Of a DNA stretch of 42,780 nucleotides, positions 37,222-42,780 are shown one piece after another. The position numbers and the translations under genes were made by a program. The stretch is from a virus. Location: IMG/VR virus record IMGVR_UViG_3300012211_000002, one strand, 5' to 3'. Position 1 is the first letter of the stretch. Every line of letters starts with the position of its first letter. Under the pieces are notes generated by a model that did no database searches, was not told where the DNA came from, and worked only from the letters and a program-made list of their open reading frames with translations.

Positions 37222-37764
37222 CTACTTTTTCACCTTCTTCTCTTCTAGGTCCAAAGTGAATTCAGGAGCCAATTCTGGAATTGGCTGCTCATACACCAAA
37301 GTCCTCTCATACGCTACCCGAGCTAACTTCGCCATCCAGCCCATCACTGCCTCTTCTTTCTTCTTCTCTACACTGATTTCTGCCCCATCATCTGCTCTCT
37401 TCAACTCCAACTGAATGGGCAACTTCTTCTGCTCTGGGAAAGCTCCCAATCTCTCCAGGAACTTCAACGACAACCAACCATCATCCACCAGATTCCTATC
37501 TACTCCCTTAACTGCTTTCTGTGCCAAACCAAAGATCTGCTCCCTTATAAACTCCAAATATTCTGTCTGATCTGCCTCATGGACAATACCTGCCACCGTA
37601 TTTCTATTGAGGCCCTCCGCTTTAGCAATCTTCCCTGTCCTCTGACCGGCAATGTACCTCATCAAAATCCTCTGCTGCTGGGGCAAAGGGGTGTGCCTCC
37701 TCTTCTTTTTAAACGGAGCTGCTGTAGCTCCCACCTTCCCACTTCTTCTTCCACCCTTTTTCAT
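37222..37764 (-). CDS. HTH protein, putative terminase small subunit
   Basis: HTH (GQRTGKIAKAEGLNRNTVAGIV) followed by helical SLKFLERLG; lies at the head of the long operon. Confidence 0.5.
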   Translation of the reverse strand: MKKGGRRSGKVGATAAPFKKKRRHTPLPQQQRILMRYIAGQRTGKIAKAEGLNRNTVAGIVHEADQTEYLEFIREQIFGLAQKAVKGVDRNLVDDGWLSLKFLERLGAFPEQKKLPIQLELKRADDGAEISVEKKKEEAVMGWMAKLARVAYERTLVYEQPIPELAPEFTLDLEEKKVKK

Positions 37765-37807
37765 GGTCGCTCGTCCTCTTCTGTCTCTGCCCGTCCAACC
37801 CCTTATT

Positions 37808-38128
37808 TTAGTCCTCCTTAAGTTGCCCAGCAATTCTGAACCTCTTCTCCTCCTCTTTCTCCACTGCCACCAGCATGAGACACATATTGAAGTGCCTTCT
37901 CAAGGCCGCCCTCTCTTCATCCCTCTGCTTTGCTCCCAGTCTATTGATGTCCGACTTGGTCTGCAACAACTCCGTAATAGAGGCTTTTTCTTCATGGAGG
38001 CGATTGATCTCCAACTTCGACTGTGACAATTCTCTTCTAGTACTGTAAACTATGCCACCCGCTGTAAAGATCACACCCATCACAAAGATGAAGGCCCCCA
38101 CCCAACTGGACCACATGATCACAACCAA
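37808..38128 (-). CDS. Membrane-anchored coiled-coil protein
   Basis: N-terminal hydrophobic helix then heptad region; AAAAAGGAG RBS. Confidence 0.6.
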   Translation of the reverse strand: MVVIMWSSWVGAFIFVMGVIFTAGGIVYSTRRELSQSKLEINRLHEEKASITELLQTKSDINRLGAKQRDEERAALRRHFNMCLMLVAVEKEEEKRFRIAGQLKED

Positions 38129-38137
38129 ACTCCTTTT

Positions 38138-38305
38138 TTACTTTTTTCTCAACTTTCTAATTGCACGGAAGTATTGTCTTCCGTATCTCACCAACGTCGC
38201 CTGCCCACCCTTCTGAGCCCTCTCTTCACAAAAAGCCTGCCCATACATCTCTGCTACTTTTTTCCCACCCTTGATCCCCGCCTCTCTGCTTCTGCTGTGT
38301 AGCAT
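38138..38305 (-). CDS. Small KGG-motif protein (GsiB/YciG-like, 55 aa)
   Basis: Manual translation MLHSRSREAGIKGGKKVAEMYGQAFCEERAQKGGQATLVRYGRQYFRAIRKLRKK; GGGAG RBS. Confidence 0.65.
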   Translation of the reverse strand: MLHSRSREAGIKGGKKVAEMYGQAFCEERAQKGGQATLVRYGRQYFRAIRKLRKK

Positions 38306-38639
38306 TCTAGCTCCCGATTCTTAAAAAATTGTATATTCCAAGTCAGCGTGCCAACAAGCAGAGTGTTAGGGAGTGTCCAACTTTGGGTTCACTGAATTTT
38401 TCCTCGGGTCTTTACTTAAGGCTTCCTGGGGGGTAGTACTGGACGTTTTCCCAAATTCTGTCCACGACTGCTTCGCTGGTCCATCAATGACTTTTGCAGG
38501 GGACGAGGGACGAGGAGTCGTATCCGGTAAGTCGCACATCGCATGCCGCCTTCTTCCGACAACGTGTAAACCGAATCGACGTTCTTGAAAAAAGGCGTAC
38601 TTTTGTCTTACTCCTTGCTTGCTAACGTTCTACCCATAC

Positions 38640-38678
38640 AAAAAACTGGGATCGAAAAAGCCTCTCTCGATCCCAGTT
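38640..38678 (-). terminator. Rho-independent terminator
   Basis: Perfect 12-bp inverted repeat AACTGGGATCGA (38644-38655) / TCGATCCCAGTT (38667-38678), ending in a T6 run on the minus strand. Confidence 0.8.
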
Positions 38679-38714
38679 GCTTTGGAGGAAGTTCCATGCT
38701 CTGTTCGACTTTAC
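38640..38714 (-). ncRNA. Candidate ~75-nt small RNA
   Basis: Bounded by a near-consensus sigma70 promoter and the terminator; no credible ORF; 5' end is estimated. Confidence 0.45.
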
Positions 38715-38720
38715 GAGGGA

Positions 38721-38749
38721 AGTATGGTAGCCAAGCGTTCGTCTGTCAA
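38721..38749 (-). promoter_or_regulatory. Sigma70-type promoter
   Basis: TTGACA (38749-38744), 17-bp spacer, CATACT (38726-38721). Confidence 0.7.
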
Positions 38750-38833
38750 GGATTTTCTGCCACTTGTTGTTTCTTTTGAAAACGCTACCTCGCTCCCTAT
38801 TCCAACCAATGCCATTCTACTTTCTCCTTCTCT

Positions 38834-39805
38834 TGATTCATTCTGCCTCTTTGAAACTATCTTTCGTATTGATTCACTCTTCCAGTCTGCTACCATCTCC
38901 TCTTTTGGCTCATTCAATCTGTCTGAAACTCTCAGCGTCTCTGATTCACTCAAGGACCTTGAGACTCTCTTCTTTCTTAATTCATTCCATTTTCTTGAAA
39001 CCCTCATTGCCCATGATTCATTCATATTCCTTGCTACTATCCCTAAAAATAATTCGATCCCGAGGGTGACACTCTCAGTGCCTTTGGCTCGCTCCTATTC
39101 TGTGCTACTCTCAGCGTTAATGGCTCATTCCGTACCAGTAAAACTTTCTTCGTGCTTGATTCATTCTCGTATTCTGAAGCTATCTGGTTATCTGATTCAC
39201 TCAGACATCTTGAAACTTTCCGTTAATGTTATTCATTCATATACCTTGAGACTCTCACACCTGATGATTCGCTCCGGATTCTTGACTCTCTCCTCGCACT
39301 TGGCTCGCTCCCCGTATTTGGAACTCTCCTTCTGCTTGACTCGCTCGCTCATTGTGATGCTTTCATGTATCACTGGCTCACTCTCACTCCTTGCTACTAT
39401 CAGATGAAATAATTCACTCCGCTTCTTTGAAACTACCATACTCCTTGGTTCATTCTGTCCGACTGAAACTTTCTGACACCTGGATTCATTCTGACGTCAT
39501 GCTGCTATCTGCCCGATTGATTCACTCCACCGTTTTGAAACTCTCTTACTCCTTGGCTCAATCTGTGATCGTGAAACTCTCCACGCCAATGGTTCATTCT
39601 GACGCCGTGCTGCTATCTGTCTGGTTGGTTCACTCATAGGTCATGTCACTCTCATACGCTTTGATTCACCCACAACCACTAAAACTATCCGTCACATTGG
39701 TTCACTCCCAACCTATGAAACTATCCGCTACCATGATTCATTCAACAGCTTTGAAACCCTCGCCTGAATTGATTCACTCCCACACTATGAAACTATCGGC
39801 TGTCA
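38834..39805 (-). repeat. TIGR-like dual-repeat array 1: 27 units of 36 nt
   Basis: Plus strand alternates 10-nt repeat A (e.g. TGATTCACTC, TGGCTCATTC), 8-nt variable, 10-nt repeat B (e.g. TGAAACTCTC, TGCTACTATC), 8-nt variable. Repeat A runs from 38834 to 39770, exactly 26 x 36 nt. Strand inferred from the adjacent gene. Confidence 0.9.
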
Positions 39806-39808
39806 TGG

Positions 39809-40960
39809 TTATTCACACGGCCAATTCGGTGGTGCTATATAACCTGTATGTCCCGGCAGATGGTCAAACACATAAGGCTTTACCGGAGGCTGTCCAAACT
39901 CCGACTCCCATGCCACGTGGTGCCAATGCGCCAAAAATATCTTCGTCGCATATCGGCAGGAACGCTGCAAAATATGCGCTGGAGGCAATTTCCCGATGGA
40001 GTAAGCTTTGTAGGCGTCTGTGCTCTTGCCGATATTAAACTTCTGCAACTTAGCTACCGCCTGATCTTTAAACAGCAACTGCTCATTTCTCTGCTTCTCC
40101 AATTCCCATCTCTCTTTTAGCAGCCGCCCGTAGTAGCACTCTTCCTGCCCGGAGAATTTAAGAAACGACTGCCCGATCTTCCAAAACAGCACCTTCAAGT
40201 CTGCATTGAAAGGCCGCTTAGAAATCACCTGTGAAATTGCTTTCCAATCCAATTCGACTTCAGGAAGCAAAGTCGCATAAACATGTGCCTTCGGTAAACC
40301 AGAGGCCTCTACAATATTGTCTTCGTAGAGCATAGTTGTATCTGCCGTACCACCCAAAGCCACTACCGTCTCCAAAACCATATCCCGGTCCGGGACCGAA
40401 AGAGTAATTCCAGCCTGCTGTAGAACACGAAATGGTTTCTTGTTGTTTGCCGTACAAGTCATGAGGAAAGCATCCCACGGAGAATACTCTTTTCTGAAAA
40501 CAGCTATCTGTTCCCTCGTCTTGTCCCTACCCTGCCAGATTTCATCTCCTGCAATGCCGCCAAACCTCCAAACTGCCCCCGCTGTCCTCGCTTTCCTGAT
40601 ATCCACATGCGCCGACAATCCAGCCGCTATGACCGGACCGATGCCGTAAATGCTCATCGCCCAACGACCTTCCCTGTGATTGCTAGCATAATTCTCCAAC
40701 GCCTTCTTAATCTGTGTTTCTGTACTAAGTGTCTGTTCCTGCAACCAGACGATGACTTCCACTGGCTCTCTTTCCTTTTCTGGCTTTGCCTCTGCTGCTT
40801 TCTCGATCGAAGCAATTTGATTCGTGGTAGCCTTTCTGATTTCCTGTAGCTGATAATAACTGTCTACAAGAAACCGCGCTTCGTCTTTCGACAACACCTT
40901 TGCTGCCTTGGCCAAATCCTTGCTAAGCTTAACGATCGGAGATAGAATTGTAGTACTCAT
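39809..40960 (-). CDS. TasA-like Nop-domain protein (IS110-related RNA-binding fold, no RuvC/HNH nuclease evident), 383 aa
   Basis: Coiled-coil N-terminus (FLVDSYYQLQEIRKATTNQI), SIYGIGPVIAAGL, VWRFGG, KRPFNADLK, AHILQRSCRYATKIFL; ATG 40960 after AAAAAGGAG; flanked by 36-nt arrays. Confidence 0.8.
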   Translation of the reverse strand: MSTTILSPIVKLSKDLAKAAKVLSKDEARFLVDSYYQLQEIRKATTNQIASIEKAAEAKPEKEREPVEVIVWLQEQTLSTETQIKKALENYASNHREGRWAMSIYGIGPVIAAGLSAHVDIRKARTAGAVWRFGGIAGDEIWQGRDKTREQIAVFRKEYSPWDAFLMTCTANNKKPFRVLQQAGITLSVPDRDMVLETVVALGGTADTTMLYEDNIVEASGLPKAHVYATLLPEVELDWKAISQVISKRPFNADLKVLFWKIGQSFLKFSGQEECYYGRLLKERWELEKQRNEQLLFKDQAVAKLQKFNIGKSTDAYKAYSIGKLPPAHILQRSCRYATKIFLAHWHHVAWESEFGQPPVKPYVFDHLPGHTGYIAPPNWPCE

Positions 40961-41006
40961 TTGGCGCTCCTTTTTGAAATCTGCCAACGAAACGATACGC
41001 AAAATA

Positions 41007-41035
41007 AGTATAAGGGTTTCCCCATATTTAGTCAA
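41007..41035 (-). promoter_or_regulatory. Sigma70-type promoter for the Tas-like gene and array 1
   Basis: TTGACT (41035-41030), 17-bp spacer, TATACT (41012-41007), 46 bp upstream of the ATG. Confidence 0.8.
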
Positions 41036-41043
41036 GGAAAAAA

Positions 41044-41620
41044 TGATTCACTCAACGGTCGCGTTACTATCGAGGTCAATGATTCACTCCCGGATCTTGT
41101 CACTCTCCTTCATGATAGTTCACTCTTACTGCTTGTTACTCTCAGTTGCAGTGGCTCACTCGTGGTGGATGAAACTCTCATATTCATTGTCTCGTTCTTC
41201 GATTTTGATACTTTCGCCCATGCTGACTCGCTCATGTAACGTGAAACTCTCTTCTTCCGTGGCTCACTCGCGATATTTGAAACTCTCTTCTTTCTTAGCT
41301 CGCTCATTGAAGGTGAAACCCTCTTCTTCCTTGGCTCACTCATGCTTCATGATGCACTCTTCGATAATGGTTCGATCACTTCATTTGACACTCGCTCAAT
41401 GCCTGGCTCATTCAGTGTGCATGTGCCAATCTTCCTTTTTGATTCGTTCCCTGGAATTGCTACTAACTTATGGTTTGACTCAATCAACTATCATACTACT
41501 ATCTAGGGGCAATAGTTCATTCTGTAGTATTGAAACTTTCTGCTGATGTGATTCGTTCACAACCAATGAAACTATCGCGTCCTCTGACTCACTCTCTGCT
41601 GTTGACACTCTCATATGTCT
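41044..41620 (-). repeat. TIGR-like dual-repeat array 2: 16 units of 36 nt
   Basis: Same repeat A and B as array 1; repeat A at 41044, 41080, 41116 ... 41476, 41513, 41549, 41585; degenerate terminal repeat at 41621. Confidence 0.9.
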
Positions 41621-41659
41621 TGGTTTTACTCAAAGTTCAACTCTTCTAATAATCCAAAG

Positions 41660-41881
41660 TCAATCTGGAATTTTCCGAGCAGGCCATTGCTGCATTTCAT
41701 CTGCGACTTTTCTAGCTTCCGACAAAAGCTCTTGCCTTACACCAGCCCTCTGAGCCAAATCCGCCCAATAGCGAACCACCAGATCTGCCAATTGATCTTG
41801 CGCTCGAAGGACGAAGAGTGGCTCATTTTCCCCTGCTTTGTCATAACAAGAAACGCCTCTACTTTTCGTACTCATCATCAC
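41660..41881 (-). CDS. Small phage-type hypothetical protein
   Basis: EPLFVLRAQDQLADLVVRYWA motif; AAGGAG RBS. Confidence 0.65.
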   Translation of the reverse strand: MMMSTKSRGVSCYDKAGENEPLFVLRAQDQLADLVVRYWADLAQRAGVRQELLSEARKVADEMQQWPARKIPD

Positions 41882-42426
41882 TCCTTTTCTTTGTCTTCAA
41901 ACAACGCTCTCTCCTTGTCCTGTGCATCCAACCTCTCCAACAGCCAGAAAATCATTTTACCACGGTCAGGCCATTCCATATCCCGCCCAGTTGCTTGCCG
42001 CCACATCTTGATTCCGCGCATGTCCGCTTGACGAAACAACTCAAATGTAGTTTCCAAATCTGCACATTGCTGACGCACCATGGCAATCTCAGCTTGAAGG
42101 ATCACCTTCTCACATTCTACATCTTGCACTGCTTCCTCCAAAACGCGCTCTCTTATCTTCGCGTCATGGACGATCAAATCTTCTCGCCCGCAGGTGGCAC
42201 ACTCTCGACCTTCTTCATGGAAACGCGCACATCCTTTTGAGAATTGCTCTTTTATCTCCGCATCATGCCGGGCCAGCACACCTTTATAAGTTGCAAGTCC
42301 CTGATACAAGAAGAGATCAAGCTCTGAGTTCTCTTTTTTAACATCAGCAACACAAGCTCTATAGCCAGCTTCCTCCGCTGCCGCCACTAGGGCATCCACC
42401 TCAGACTGCTCGTAGACACGACTCAT
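41878..42426 (-). CDS. Coiled-coil hypothetical protein
   Basis: 182-aa ORF; ATGA overlap; internal duplicated HDA[EK]I[KR]E segment. Confidence 0.65.
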   Translation of the reverse strand: MSRVYEQSEVDALVAAAEEAGYRACVADVKKENSELDLFLYQGLATYKGVLARHDAEIKEQFSKGCARFHEEGRECATCGREDLIVHDAKIRERVLEEAVQDVECEKVILQAEIAMVRQQCADLETTFELFRQADMRGIKMWRQATGRDMEWPDRGKMIFWLLERLDAQDKERALFEDKEKE

Positions 42427-42662
42427 GCTAATTTCTCCAATTTTAATCTTTTGATAGACTTCAGTGGATAACAGGCAATCCCAGACCCAGCCTCACCATT
42501 CAGAGCTAACGCCACGCCATTTCTGGCGGCAACGTACCCATATCTTTTTGCCTGATCTATGATCTCTTTTCCACCCCAATGGAAAAAACCAACCTGATCC
42601 GAACACTCGTCAACTTCCAACACCAGAGACTCTCCATTCAAAAATGTAATATGTAGCTTCAT
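42423..42662 (-). CDS. Hypothetical protein
   Basis: 79-aa ORF with overlapping start and stop. Confidence 0.6.
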   Translation of the reverse strand: MKLHITFLNGESLVLEVDECSDQVGFFHWGGKEIIDQAKRYGYVAARNGVALALNGEAGSGIACYPLKSIKRLKLEKLA

Positions 42663-42780
42663 TTCATCTTCTCCAGTTCCGCACGGGCTTGGGCGAGAAA
42701 TTCTTGGGCATTTCTTATCTCATGCTGCCAAAAATAGACAGGATCAAGAGGAATCTCACTCTTGATTCGCATAAGCAAAT
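42659..42780 (-). CDS. C-terminus of a gene entering from beyond the window
   Basis: Open frame ...MRIKSEIPLDPVYFWQHEIRNAQEFLAQARAELEKMK-stop, ATGA overlap with the next gene. Confidence 0.45.
   Translation of the reverse strand, partial: LLMRIKSEIPLDPVYFWQHEIRNAQEFLAQARAELEKMK

Noticed and set aside
38619-40038. Plus-strand ORFs with IHS..LKLS repeats and minus-strand ORFs over array 1
   Set aside because: By-products of a 36-nt (12-codon) period; frames break at the spacer indels and a stop; no RBS or protein-like conservation.
39809-40960. Active IS110 transposase / insertion sequence
   Set aside because: No N-terminal DEDD RuvC-like domain is visible and the flanks are guide-like arrays rather than IS ends.
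40961-41035. 25-aa N-terminal extension of the Tas-like ORF from TTG 41035
   Set aside because: That TTG is the -35 box; ATG 40960 has a strong AAGGAG RBS.
40908-41546. 212-aa plus-strand ORF and others over array 2
   Set aside because: Same artefact; it also runs antisense across the tas-like start and promoter.
38834-41620. CRISPR array or simple minisatellite
   Set aside because: Repeats are 10 nt, of two alternating kinds, with 8-nt spacers and no cas genes; the variable halves are too divergent for a VNTR.
42743-42766. Inverted repeat ATCAAGAG-N8-CTCTTGAT
   Set aside because: Only an 8-bp stem inside a probable coding frame at the window edge; not enough evidence for a terminator or a third array.
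1-42780. Stop-codon reassignment or diversity-generating retroelement
   Set aside because: Standard-code ORFs tile the minus strand with intact long genes; no reverse transcriptase or adenine-specific repeat pair was seen.

Overview
Phage-like (or prophage) segment, densely coding, with essentially every credible gene on the minus strand and frequent ATGA/TAATG overlaps. In transcription order (right to left) it holds: small hypothetical genes; a nuclease-less IS110/Nop-domain protein (TasA-like) sandwiched between two 36-nt-period dual-repeat arrays (16 and 27 units) matching the TIGR-Tas architecture; a candidate ~75-nt sRNA; a putative small terminase subunit; an rmlA/rmlB, glycosyltransferase and methyltransferase sugar-modification set; tail/adhesin-like genes, several with signal peptides; an M15 endolysin and holin-like gene; and a family of proteins with shared modular N-terminal leaders fused to variable payloads, including an ADP-ribosyltransferase. 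No capsid, portal, large terminase, integrase, rRNA, tRNA or CRISPR array was recognised. All family assignments come from motif recognition by eye; no database searches were run.
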